From positions 171,678,001 to 171,742,000 of the forward strand of contig NC_042998.1 of assembly GCF_006345805.1 (NCBI RefSeq): a stretch of DNA of 64,000 nucleotides. The letters are read 5' to 3'. The notes under the pieces are model-generated. The model did no database searches and was not told the origin of the DNA. It saw only the letters and a list, made by a program, of their open reading frames with translations. Shown piece after piece: positions 23,408 to 35,879 of the stretch (position 1 is its first letter; each line of letters starts with the position of its first letter). The translations under genes and the position numbers were made by a program. The DNA comes from Octopus sinensis. Lineage: Eukaryota.

Positions 23408-25910
23408 ATGGATTTTACAGGTAAGATAGAACCGCTGTTTTGGGATTCATCTTTGAAAGATATTCCTATTCCTTCTAGAAAGGAATTTATCTTGAGACTT
23501 GTTAATAATGTTAAAGATTTTATTTCTAGAATTAAATGGAAAGCTTTTTACTATAATTTTTATTTATTTAATGATATTGATAGTAGGAATGATAATTTTA
23601 CCTCTAAATTTAAATCTAGAAAGGAACCTCCATTTAATAAAGATTACAATTACTTGAAGATAGTATATGGAAGGTGGTAAAATATTGAATTCCATAAACC
23701 CAAATAGAAATAATGAATATTTAAGGAATTTAGCAATTAAAATTAAAGATATGAGAAATATGGATGGTATTATAGTACAATCTGATAAAACAAGGAACCT
23801 ATATAAATTAGATGTTAAATTATATGATAAACTATTAGGAAAAGAAATAATTAAAAAATATAAAATTTTTCCAGATGATATTCTTTATAATATTAATAAG
23901 GCCTCTAAAGTAGTAATGTTAAAATATGAGTTGGATAATAAAACTGAACCTTATGTACCTTTGCACCCCAGAATTACTCTTAAAGACCATAAAGATAATT
24001 TTTATTCAGACCCTAAAGTTAGATTAATTTGCCCATGTAAATCGGACCTAGGTAAATTAAGTAAATTTATTTTAGATAAATATATTGATAAGTTAAATAA
24101 ACTTAATTATTTAAAATTATGGTTTAGTAATAATAATACATTGAAATGGTTTAATAATATTAAAGATAAAAATCGTTATAAATTTATTCAAATAGATATA
24201 TATAATTATATTCTTCTATTAATGAAATTGTGTTTAATAAAGCGCTTATTTTCGCAATGAATAAAGTGGGTATGTCACGGGAAGAAGTTAATGTAATTAA
24301 AATGGCTAGGAAATCGCTAATTAAATATAAAAATAAATTATGGGCTAGGAATGATACTAGAGATTGTTTTGATATACCTATGGGAGCACCAGATTCTGCA
24401 CAGGCTACTGATTTAGTAGGTATTTTTCTTTTATCTGAACTCCAATTAGAAAATCATAAGATAGAGGGTGGTTTATATAGAGACGGTCTTCTACTAGTTA
24501 CAAAGAATTGTACTAATAGGAATCTAGAAGTATATAAGAAAAAACTATATAGTTTCTTTAAAAGATATGGTTTAAGTATTACTATATATAAGGAGAATTA
24601 TAATGTTAATTATTTAGATGTTAATTTTAATCTTATTACAGGTAAAACACAACCATATCATAAACTTAATGAGAACCTTAGATATATAAATGTTAATAGT
24701 AATCACCCATTTTCTATTAAAAAATCGTTGATTAATAATATAAGTAAACGTATTTCATTACTCTCTTATGATATAGATATTTTTAATAAACATGCTAATT
24801 ATTATAATGAGGCCCTTAGAGGGGCAGGTTATAATAGGAATATTAAATTTTATAATATTAGTGATAAAGATTTAATTGATAATTTTCGAGATACTTCTAA
24901 TAATAATTATAATTTTGTTAGGTTTAGTGGTAAAAATAATAGATATTATAAAAAAAATAATAAAAATGATAAAAATATAAATAAGAATAATAATAATAAT
25001 AAATATAATAATAATAATAATATAAATAAGAATAATAAAAATAAAAATAAATTTAATAATTATTATAATAATTATATTGATAAAATTAATAATATTAATA
25101 ATTCCTTAAATGCTGTACATAGATATAATTTTGATAATAATTTTAATAAAATAAAGAATTATAATATATTTATAATAATGATAATAATAATAAGGTTATT
25201 AAGAATAAAATTTGGTTAATAGTTCCTTATGGAGATCAAGTAAAAACGAATATTATTAAAGAGATTTTAGATGTTATAGAACTATTTATTAGAGTTAATC
25301 GTAAATATAGAAACATTTTCTCTTTTAATAATTTTGGAGTTGGTTATTCTACCACTAATAATGTTGGTAACATTATTTCTTCATTTAATAAATATAAACT
25401 GAATAATTTTTATAAAAAATTATTTGATAATATATTAATAATGATAAGACTTATATTAATTGTACATGTAGAGATAAATCTAATTGTATATTAAATAATA
25501 ATTGTGATATTAACGATGTAGTGTATAAATGTATAGTTACATTACATGATAATAACTTAAGAATAATAATTATCCAAAAGCGGTTATATAGTTTCTACTT
25601 CCTCAAAAATAAAACTAAGAATCGCACAACATATGAATTCTTTTAAAAATAAAAACTTAATCAACTCAACTGGACTTAGTAAGTACATTTGGAGTCTTAA
25701 ATCACTAAATATTAATTATAGTTTAATTTGGGAAATAATTTGTAAAACTAAATCATATACTATAGGAGCTAATTGTTGTTATTATGCTCTAATGAGTTTA
25801 AAGAAATTTTATTTTATAAGTATGATAATTTACTTAATACTGGTGAAGAGCGCAAAATAAAATGCAGACATAAGTTACTTTACCTATATAATAAGTTTCA
25901 TGATAAATAG
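23408..25910 (+). CDS. Penelope-like (Naiad-type) RT + GIY-YIG, right copy, frameshifted; YRDD reads YRDG here
   Basis: ORF pieces 23408-23680, 23667-24260, 24230-25219 and 25633-25860. The region between them translates IWLIVPYGDQVKTNII...CTCRDKSNC...VVYKC. Stop TAG at ~25908. Confidence 0.9.
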
Positions 25911-28900
25911 CAATAATAGTTCCCTATTAGGTTACTTTAGTTTAGTTTAAATTAGTTTAGATAATATATTTTTTGGTATGTAGTCTAGGCTTTAATTATA
26001 GTTAGTCTTTATTGATATTTCTTTGTTTTAATTAGTTCATTTTTAATGTATTAATATAACAGTTTATGGTATGTTAAAACTTTAATAATTTATATTAGAT
26101 TTTTTTTTTCTTTATTTATTTTTTTATTTTTATTTTTATTTTATTTTATTATATTGTTTTTTTATTATGCATTTGTTATATGTATTTTGGAGGATATATT
26201 TATATGTTGATGGGTGTTATTTAGTGGTGTTTTTATTGAGTTTTGTATGTATGTGTGAAGGTTTACGATCCCTTTGTTTTTTGTTTTTTATTTGGTATGT
26301 TGAATTGACAGATTTTATTTGGGTATTGTCTGTTATAATAAAGTATACACACCCATAACAAATATAAGTGCCCACTTCATTCGCGCGTACCTGGAATTGC
26401 ATGTGAGCCTCAACATATACACCAAACGGCCACTCCCGCCCCATACGGACGAATAAACACATACATCCCCAAAAATGGGCGTAATCCCACTCACACCAAT
26501 CATATGTATACAATTATACACACTAGAATAATACATAACTAACCCAAATATACAGAACATATTAAAAATCACCAACAAACCACCATCACAAATGAAACCT
26601 ACACCCATACAATGACAAAACTCCCCCCTCCATACCCAATTTACACCCACATAGCAATCCCAATATATTCATCCATACATGGACGCACGTGCGTGAAGCA
26701 CATGCACACAATAAATACGTACAACCCCCATACACACTCATATACATACGTATCAAGCTCGACATCCACAGCAATACGCTTACACCCACTCACACCCAGA
26801 TGGGTGAATTGCACAACCAGGGAACGCACACACACACGTGTGCGTATTTTGATTGTGCAACTCGCCCATATGCATGTATGCGGGCGCGATTACATTGTTG
26901 CACATATCGAGCCCAACTAGCATGCATATGTACATGTGAGGGGGTACACGTACATGCCGTGCGCGTGTACCCCTTGCATTTATACCCGTGCGTGAATATA
27001 CACATGGAGACTACCACAGGTACAAATGTGTATAGTAATGGGAGCCCCATCACTACACTCAATGTATAATCTCACCCATCCGCACGGATGTGAAAGCGAA
27101 TCTCCGGTGTATATGTTGAGGCTTATATGTAGCGCTGTGGAGGTGAACGTCGTTGAAATTGTGAATGAATGGGTGGAGTTGGGAATTGTAACCGGGTGGT
27201 GGGCTAGCGTTGCTTGGAATTGGGAATGGAATAGTGTAGTAGTAAGGCAGGCATCGAGAATAGATTTGGGTTACTGCAAGTTGTTTGTTAGAGCTGCTAA
27301 GATGAGCTAAAGCTCATAATTGTATATAATAATTTATTATGGTAGTTTTATTAAAGAATCCATTCATAATAATTTTTTTTAAGTAGTGTTGGTTTGCCAC
27401 GTGGATATAGTTTTTAGTTCCATTTATTCTATTTCTCCATTCATAATTTTAAATGACGTTTACTTTCCATGGCGCGTATTCTTTTTTTACATAAGTTATA
27501 TTTCTATGGTAACGTAATTTTGGTTTGATTTTTTTAACGGCTAAGAATTTAATTTCACTTCATAATTGAAGCTGACTTGTAAGTATGTATTTTATTTCTC
27601 CTTATGTCATATTGTTATTTTTGATATTCTGGTTAATTACGATGTATTTAATGTTGTTTTTTATTGGAGTGTTTATGTATATGAGATTGTGTGTGAGTTT
27701 TTAGTTGTATAATTTATTTATCTATATGAGTGTGGGTGTGTAAATATTGTTGTATATATCGAGTTTAGTGAGTATGTATATGCGTATATGTGAGGGAGTA
27801 TATGTATCTGTTGTGTGTGTGTGTTTTGCGTGTGTGTGTGTGTTTGTGTGTGAATGTGTATATGGGTTTGTTATTTAGGTTTTGGGATGTATGTGTTAAT
27901 TTGTCTGTGTGGGGGGAGGGAGTGGGTTTTTGGTGTATATTGAGGTTATAAGTTAGTATAGGTATGTGTATAAGTCGTGGGTCTGTGGTTTACGTGTGTG
28001 TTTTTTGTGTGTGAATGTTTAGGTTAGGGGGATTGCTATATAGGTTTGTTATAGAGTTTAGCAAAGGGAAATTTTATCGTTATATGTTTTTAAGAGTTTG
28101 GTTTATCATGGTTTTTTTTAGGGAATTCGTGGTAATTGTCTATTTTCGAGATGTGGTTGTTTTATTACATTGTTTCATTCATAATTTTGAGTGGTGTTCG
28201 TTTTGCCACGTGAATATTATTTTTAATTCATTTATTCCATTTCTCCATTCATTATTTTAAAAGATGTTGTTTCCAGAGCGGTTATACTTTTTATACATAT
28301 GTTAAGTTCCTTGGTAAAGTAATTTGTTTGGTGTATATGTTGAGGCGTATATGTACTTGTGGGGTGTGTGTGAGTGGGGTGGGTGTTTGTATTTGTTATG
28401 GGTGTGTGGTTTACGTGTGTGTATTTGTGTGTGAATGTATAGGTTAAAGGGATTGCTATATAAGTATGTTATAGTGTTTAGTAAAGGGAGGTTTTATCAT
28501 TTATGTTTTGTGAGTTTTAGCTTATCATGGTAGTTTTATAAAAGAATCCATTCATATTTTTGTGTTTATTGTCTGTGTGGGGTTGAGTGGGTTTTTGGAG
28601 TATATGTTGAGGTTTATATGTATGTATAGGTATGTGTAAGTGGTGTGGGTATTTGTATATGTCGTGGGTGTGTGGTTTACGTGTGTGTATTTGTGTGTGA
28701 ATGTTTAGGTTAGGGGGATTGCTATATAGGTATGTTATAGAGTTTAGTAAAGGGAGATTTTATCATTATATGTTTTATGAGTTTTGGTTTATCATGGTAG
28801 GTTTGTTAAGGAATTCGTAGTAATTTGTGTCTATTTGCGATGTCTGTTGTTTTTGCATTGTTTCATTCATAATTTTTAAGTAGTGTTCGTTTTACCAAGT

Positions 28901-29400
28901 GAATATAATTTTTAATTCCATTTATTCCATTTCTCCGTTCATAATTTTAAGTGATGTCCGTTTTCTAGAGCGTGAATGTGGGTTGTATGTGTGTGTGTGT
29001 GGGAGTATGAATAAGTATTGTGTTGAAGTATTTAGCTATTTTATTTATTTATAGTTGCCTAGACGTTTTTATGTGTATGTATAGGGATATATATATAGGT
29101 GTGTGATTTAGTGTATGTAGTTAGATATGGTTATATATAATTAGGTATATGTGTATGGGTGTATATATAGTTTATTATTATATTATTATTATTTTTTGTT
29201 TTGTTTTATATTTTATATTTTATATTTTATATTTAATTGTTGATAGGTTTATTTTAGTTTATATTGTTTATATATTGATTATATATGGATTATATATAGG
29301 TTATATATGGATTATATATTTATATTTTTTCATTCATACTTTAAATATTTTAAAATTATTATTTTTATATTTTAAAATATTGATATTTTAGATTGGAAGT

Positions 29401-29443
29401 CCACCTGAAGATTGTCGATCAAGACAAGAAACAATTGTAGTGG
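29401..29443 (+). ncRNA. Minimal type I hammerhead ribozyme, copy 4
   Basis: ccac CTGAAGA ttgtc-gatcaa-gacaa GAAA caattg TA gtgg, with a perfect 5-bp stem II. Confidence 0.87.
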
Positions 29444-29563
29444 CGGTCTTTTTGACTATTTATTAAAATTTTATGTATTGATTAAGTCTTTCCTTGTTTG
29501 TTTTGCAAAATAGTGGTTTTGTCTCTAATAATATTATATATATATATATATAATATATATATA

Positions 29564-29958
29564 TACTCTTTTACTTGTTTCAATCATTTGATGCGGCCAT
29601 GCTGGAGCACCGCTTTAATCGAGCAATCGACCCCGGGACTTATTCTTTTGTAAGCCCAGTACTTTTCTATCGATTTCTTTTGCCGAACCGCTAAGTAACG
29701 GGCACATAAACACACCAGCATCGGTTGTCAAGCAATGCTAGGGGACAAACACAGACACACAAACACACACACGCATATATATATATACATATATACCACG
29801 GGCTTCTTTCAGTTTCCGTTTACCAAATCCACTCACAAGGCTTTGATCGGCCCGAGGCTATAGTAGAAGACACTTTCCCAAGGTGCCACGCAGTGGGACT
29901 GAACCTGGAACCATGTGGTTGGTAGGCAAGCTACTTACCACACAACCACTCCTGCGCC
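29564..29958 (-). mobile_element. tRNA-derived SINE, second family (other copies ~44705-45088, ~57178-57558, ~58925-59255)
   Basis: Minus-strand head ggcgcaggagtggttgtgtggtaag...ggttcagtccc (A/B-box-like). The body is shared among four copies. Confidence 0.75.
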
Positions 29959-30094
29959 TATATATATATAACAAAGTGGAGTTGTAGGGTTCCGCATGAG
30001 TGTCCCTTAAAATAGATAATAGTATTTTACGTTAACATGGTGGACAGGTCAGTTTAAGCTTCCCTACTATTATAATGTAAACCTTTTTGAACTC

Positions 30095-30530
30095 ATAATA
30101 TTCTGTGCGTGTATACCAATATTCCACTGAACTTAATAATTCCTTCTGGAAACTATCTTTTACATTTTCTTGAGAATGTATATATTTGTTGTAATCTTTT
30201 GTGCCCAATATTTCAATGAACTTGTTAAACTTTTTTATGTTCTTAACATGTTCTTGTCACCAAAGAATGTATATATATGTATTGTAGTACTCTGTGACAA
30301 TCAATATTCTGTGCGTGTTTGAATATACAGATACAATACCAATATCCCACTGAACTTTTTTATAATTCCTTCTGGAAACTATCTTTAGCATTTTCTTGAG
30401 AATGTATATTTATGTTGAAATCTGTTGTGCCTAATATTTTAAGGAACTTGTTAAACTTTCTTATGTCCTTAACATGTTCTTGTTACCAAAGACTGTATAT
30501 ATGTAATGTAGCATTTTGTAACAACCAATA
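30095..30530. repeat. Tandem duplication of ~210-230 bp
   Basis: aatattctgtgcgtg...ataattccttctggaaactatc...catgttcttgt occurs twice in succession. Confidence 0.8.
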
Positions 30531-30641
30531 ATTAACACAACAAAACTTTTACATGTTACTTTTGCTAATCTTTTTTCCAAAGAGTGAAACCGGTAAAGTA
30601 AATAAACATCTTTTAAAATTGCATTTTCAAACCTTCTTTCG

Positions 30642-30674
<33 letters not shown>

Positions 30675-30917
30675 TATATATATAATATATATATATTATA
30701 TATAATTATATAACGGGAAGCTTTATGAAAATAAACAAAAGACGAAGGCAGGTGGAAAACAAACGAACAATTGTATTAGTATGGCGCTCAGGAAATATAA
30801 ATAAAACAAGTCTTTAACGTTTCGAGCCTACGCTCTTCAACAGAAAGATACACAGAGAGAGAAAAACACAGAAAGAAGGAGAGAAAAAAAATGCGTGCAG
30901 TATATATAATATATATC

Positions 30918-30952
<35 letters not shown>

Positions 30953-30963
30953 ATATACATATA

Positions 30964-30998
<35 letters not shown>

Positions 30999-31058
30999 AT
31001 ATATATACAATATATATACACATATATATATAAAAATATATATAATATATATATTAAC

Positions 31059-31150
<92 letters not shown>

Positions 31151-31155
31151 TATAC

Positions 31156-31196
<41 letters not shown>

Positions 31197-31202
31197 TCTC
31201 TC

Positions 31203-31569
31203 TCTATATAAACGGCAGCAGTTTGTCTGTGCGTTGTGTTTTCTGTGTGTCTGTTTTCTCGTACCCTCACCCTGACCACGGCTTTCAACCGATTCTGATG
31301 AAACTTGACACACACATAGGCCCAATGTCATAATTCAAAACTAACGCAGCGAAAATTTGAAAGTTCCCCCAGTTCTGAAAAAAATCGATAAATTCGAATG
31401 GGGTCGAGAATAAAAAAAACACCACAGACTGTCTAGGGGACGCAACTCACCTTTTATTACTCTCAAAAAAAAAATTTACCATCATTTTTTTCCATTTTTG
31501 GCTATAACTCTCTAAAAATGCTTATAGTTATTTCCTTACAAACCTGAGCAACGCCGGCGATACTGCTAG
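31203..31569 (+). mobile_element. Non-autonomous Helitron-like element (second copy at ~40979-41346)
   Basis: 5' TCTATATAAA. It has a 3' hairpin (cccgagcaacgccggg in copy 2) followed by CTAG-T, and lies in (TA)n. Confidence 0.75.
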
Positions 31570-31601
<32 letters not shown>

Positions 31602-31699
31602 TGAATATATATGCATATACATATATGAATATATATATATGTGTGTGTGTGTGTATGTATATATATATGAATATATATATGTATAAATCTTAGATAAAA

Positions 31700-31962
31700 C
31701 TTAGATATGTTTCGACCAAAGATTGGTCTAGGCTATGTCTAACTTAATAGCATTACCTGATAGGATTATTTAAATCCTTTATAAGTCAAGTTTGTGGTTC
31801 CATGGTCCATTCATGTAAGGAGTTCTTGTTGAGTGAGTTGTAGCCAGGTAAAGGTGGCTTATCTGTTCTTCCTAGAAGAAATTTGTCCAGACTCCGTTTA
31901 AAGATGATGGGATCCTTTTCCTCTTTCATCAGTTATGGGACAATGTTGAACAGGGCAGGGCC
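31700..31962 (-). mobile_element. CR1/L2-type LINE 3' end
   Basis: The minus strand reads GPALFNIVP...FKRSLDKFL...PPLPGY, the same C-terminus as 37500-38055. Confidence 0.7.
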
Positions 31963-31966
31963 ATTG

Positions 31967-32026
<60 letters not shown>

Positions 32027-32759
32027 ATATATATATTCATATATATGATATATATATATGAATATATATATGAATGTATATATATATTCATATATATATA
32101 TATATATCAACAAGCCCTGCTCTGTTTAACATTGTCCCAAAACTGATCAAAGAGGAAAAGGATCCCATCATCTTTAAACGAATGTGTGCAGGCGCAATGC
32201 TCCAGTGGTTAGGGCAGCGGACTCGCGGTTTCGATTCCCATACCGGGTGTTGTGAGAGTTTATTTAAGCGAAATCACCTAAAGCTCCACGAGGCTCCGGC
32301 AGGGGGTGGTGGCGATCCCTGCTGTACTCTTTCGCCACAACTTTCTCTCACTCTTTCTTCTGTTGACCTGCTCGCTTAGCCCGCGGGGTGGCGCCATTTG
32401 AAGGCTAAAACAATGTGAAGCGCATTGTGACCAGCGATATGTAGCAACATCTGATAGCCTGGTCAGTCACAGTGATCATGGTGATATGAATGTATACATA
32501 CATGAATATATGTATATATAAATGAATATATATATATATATATTATATATATATATATATATACATACATATATATATATACATCTATATATATACATAT
32601 ATATATATGAATATATATATGTATATATTTATGTAAATATATTTCTATATATATATCTTCGTATATATATAAATATCTTCATATATATATATATATATAT
32701 GAAGATATTTATATATATAGGAAGATATATATATATGTGTGTGTGTATATATGAATATA

Positions 32760-33736
32760 TATACACGTTTTGAGTATTGCCTAAATCGGTTTTCAGTATT
32801 GTTTTGAGTATTTTTTAACATTTTTTTTAACATAAGAGAACATTTTTTCGTTTGATACCACTTTTTGATTACTGTGTTTTGATCAGCCAGTTTTTCTCCT
32901 GTTTTTAATTACCCTTTGTTTGCCAGTCGGTTCTCACTTTTGCCATTTTCGTTTTGTTGTTGTGATTCAGTAAACCTAAAAAATGTGGTAACGTTTGTTG
33001 GAAATTAGTTACCTCAGTCCACATAACCAAACCCATTTCCGGTTCACCTACATTTTGTTGATTATCCAAAATTCTCCCTAAAAAAGAGACCTCACATTGG
33101 GAGAAGGACGGCTGATTCAGAGGCTAAGAGGGCCAGAAGGGTCAATGAAGAGCCCCAAGATAGATCTATTCGATTAGCTCGGAATGAGCTGCCACGGTCA
33201 CCGCAAGGGCTGCTGAAACTCCAGAACAAACACAGGCTCGTCATTCTCGAAATGCTGCTACCACGGCCACCGCAAGGGCTGACGAAACTCCAGAACAAAC
33301 ACAGGCCCGCCGTTCTCAAGATGCTGCTGCCACGGCCATCGCGCGATCAACAGAAAGCCCCGAGCGGAGGCACACAAGGTTGCAGGCTACAGCTGCACGA
33401 CGGGAGGAAAACATTAAAATTTCAAGCCCAAAGCCTAAATTCTGGGGCATGAAGGCCTTCAACTACGTTCCGACGACGAATTACTCCTCTCGCACCGACA
33501 TTCGCATTGGAAATATGCACTCAATCTGCGAACACTGCAACGCTATGAAGTGGCCCGGTGAAACGTCCGGCATGTGCTGTTCCAATGGCAAAGTCCAGCT
33601 CAAAAGCAACAAAACTGGCCTGGGATGAAATCTGATAAGAAACTTAGCTCTTGATTTATGGAACGATTTTCACTGCGGCCTGGCACCGAAAAATAAGCCC
33701 TAGCACTAGACCCGGCAACGCCGAGTCATAGTGCTA

Positions 33737-33737
<1 letters not shown>
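32760..33737 (+). mobile_element. Internally deleted Helitron retaining the RepHel N-terminus
   Basis: PKKRPHIGRRT; RAxETPEQTQAR repeats; IGNMHSICEHCNAMKWPGETSGMCCSNGKV (typical Helitron N-terminal Cys motif). The 3' hairpin acccggcaacgccgagt is followed by CTAG at 33734-33737. The 5' boundary is uncertain. Confidence 0.8.
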
Positions 33738-33776
<39 letters not shown>

Positions 33777-33836
33777 TATAACAAACTTTTCGCATTTCAG
33801 CTTTATAGATATTGAATATATATATATATTTGAATA

Positions 33837-34439
33837 TCTATAAACCTGAAATGCGAAAAGTTTGTTTGTCTCATTTTGCGATTGGAACAGGTTAATGGGC
33901 ACTAGATGGGGTCGGATTGGCTCCAAATTTTACAGGGACATGTAAAAAGAGGCAAGGATGTGAGTGGACTAGGTTATAAATCCCTATCACAAAAGCTGTG
34001 GTTATTAGGGCAACAAGACCCAAACTTTGACAAGTGTTTGTCGTTTCTGTTTTTCGGATATCACCCTCTCTTCCTCGGTCTCTCTATTTCCCCCTTCCCT
34101 CCAATTTCTCTCTATAACGACGTTTGACAGCTTCCACTCTCTTTCCCCCGCCACCTTCGCTGGCTCTGTCACTCTTTCTCCCACCGCTTCTCTCTCTCTC
34201 TCTCTGTACGTTTGTCTGCATTCATATAGTGAAAGCGTTAACAGCCGCAAAAGTTTGAATATTCCCTCCACAGGTCTTTTACAACGGTGAATTGTTATCG
34301 CCCACCACCACCACCACACAATTATGAAAACAAATATTATGAAACAGATATTTATTGGGTTAATTTATATATGTGTGTGTCTGTATCCATATATAAATAT
34401 GTAAATATAATGTATATATATACAAAGTGTATATATCTG

Positions 34440-34516
<77 letters not shown>

Positions 34517-35861
34517 GTATATATATATATATATATAATTATATATATATTTAATGCGTACATATATTATGTGTGCATTATGTGGTCGGATTGAGCAGAA
34601 AATTGCACACCTATGTTAAAAGTGCTGGCGAGTTTGCATGACAACTATTTTCCCCTCTCAAACGAAAAAATTCGTCATCTTTTAAAATGTGGCCCGAGTA
34701 GACCCGAATGAAATCGGGTTATATTAACCAAACAAGTAAGACAATGAAAAACTATGCCATTTTAACCCAAGCAAGGCCGGGTATCGCTGTAAGTCTACTA
34801 CATATTTGTGAAAAGGGCAGACGTTGTCTCACAAACAGTTATACAGGCAAAAGTATTAGTAAATATGGTTGGATTGAGCTGAAAATTTGCACACCTATGT
34901 TAAAAGTCCTGGTGAGTTTGCATGGTAACTTTGAGTTTGCTCAGTTGAAAGGTGTGGCCTCTAGGGCAAACTTCCTAATCTTTTAATGTGTGGCCCGCGT
35001 AGACCCGAATGAAATCGGGTTATAATACCGAAACAAATAAAACAATGATAAACTATTTTAATCCCGAACAAGACCGGGTTTTTCTGCTATCTATATATAT
35101 ATAAAAGAGGCTTTGGGTCAAAATCGTGTGTATATATACATTATATATACATATTTTGCAACGCCAGAGGTTGGCGGCCAGACCAGTGGTCGGATCGAGC
35201 TGAAAATTGACACAGGTATAGAAGGCGTGATGCGACAGTGAGTTGAGTAGGTTAAAACTCGTTAACTGGAAAGATGCGATTGTTATGGTGAGAGGAGTGA
35301 TTTTTTATCGATTCAAGGGGTCTCTAAGCCCCTCCAGATTGGCATCTAATCTGATCTATATAATGAGGAAAGTGAACGTTGATACAAATTGGATTTTTAT
35401 GTCAAAAGGGTTCTAAAATGGGGCTGGAAGGGGATTCAAATTTACAGGAGGGTGTAATTTGAGGGGTGAAATTGATTGGGAGACGTTTTAGGGCGCTACA
35501 ATGGTTGCTTTGCTGTGAAAACGGGGATTTTATTGATTTGGGGGGACACTTGGGGGTCTAGATTGGACACCTTTTGCCCGATTTCAATCAAATTTTCAAC
35601 ATGGTAAAGTGGAAGAGGATTTGTAATTTAAGCGCGGAAATCTAATTTTTTATAAATGGGAGAGAAATAGATAGAGAAAGATAGAGAGTAAGAGAAAACG
35701 AGAGATAGTCCGAGAGAAAGGAAGAGAAAGAGAGTGGGAAAGTGAATGAGAAAGGAGAGAGAAACAAAGAGGGAGAATGTGGCGATAAGAAACTGAAAGG
35801 AAGCAACAGAAAGTAACAACCACACCCTCACCCACGTGTAGAACGAGTCACCTTAAACTAG
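33837..35861 (+). mobile_element. Non-autonomous Helitron-like element (same family as 5053-8639)
   Basis: Starts TCTATAAA, ends with a degenerate hairpin plus CTAG-T, and contains internal ~250-bp repeats. Confidence 0.75.
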
Positions 35862-35879
35862 TATATATATATATATATT

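Larger units (their letters stand above)
20818..29535 (+). mobile_element. Right arm of giant PLE palindrome: pLTR - ORF - non-coding - pLTR
   Basis: Reverse complement of the left arm. It ends gtctctaataatatt directly into (TA)n. Confidence 0.93.

Noticed and set aside
27026-27310. 94-aa Trp/Val-rich ORF in the pLTR
   Set aside because: Its length and frame differ among the four copies, its composition follows the G/T skew, and it has no recognisable motif.
28015-28035. ttaggttaggggg telomere-like words in the modules
   Set aside because: Only ~2 imperfect units per module, expected by chance in G/T-rich DNA. There is no telomeric array.
31700-31740. gacca-atctt-tggtc-GAAA-catatc-TA as a hammerhead
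   Set aside because: No CUGANGA core upstream. More likely the 3' stem-loop of the CR1/L2-type LINE.
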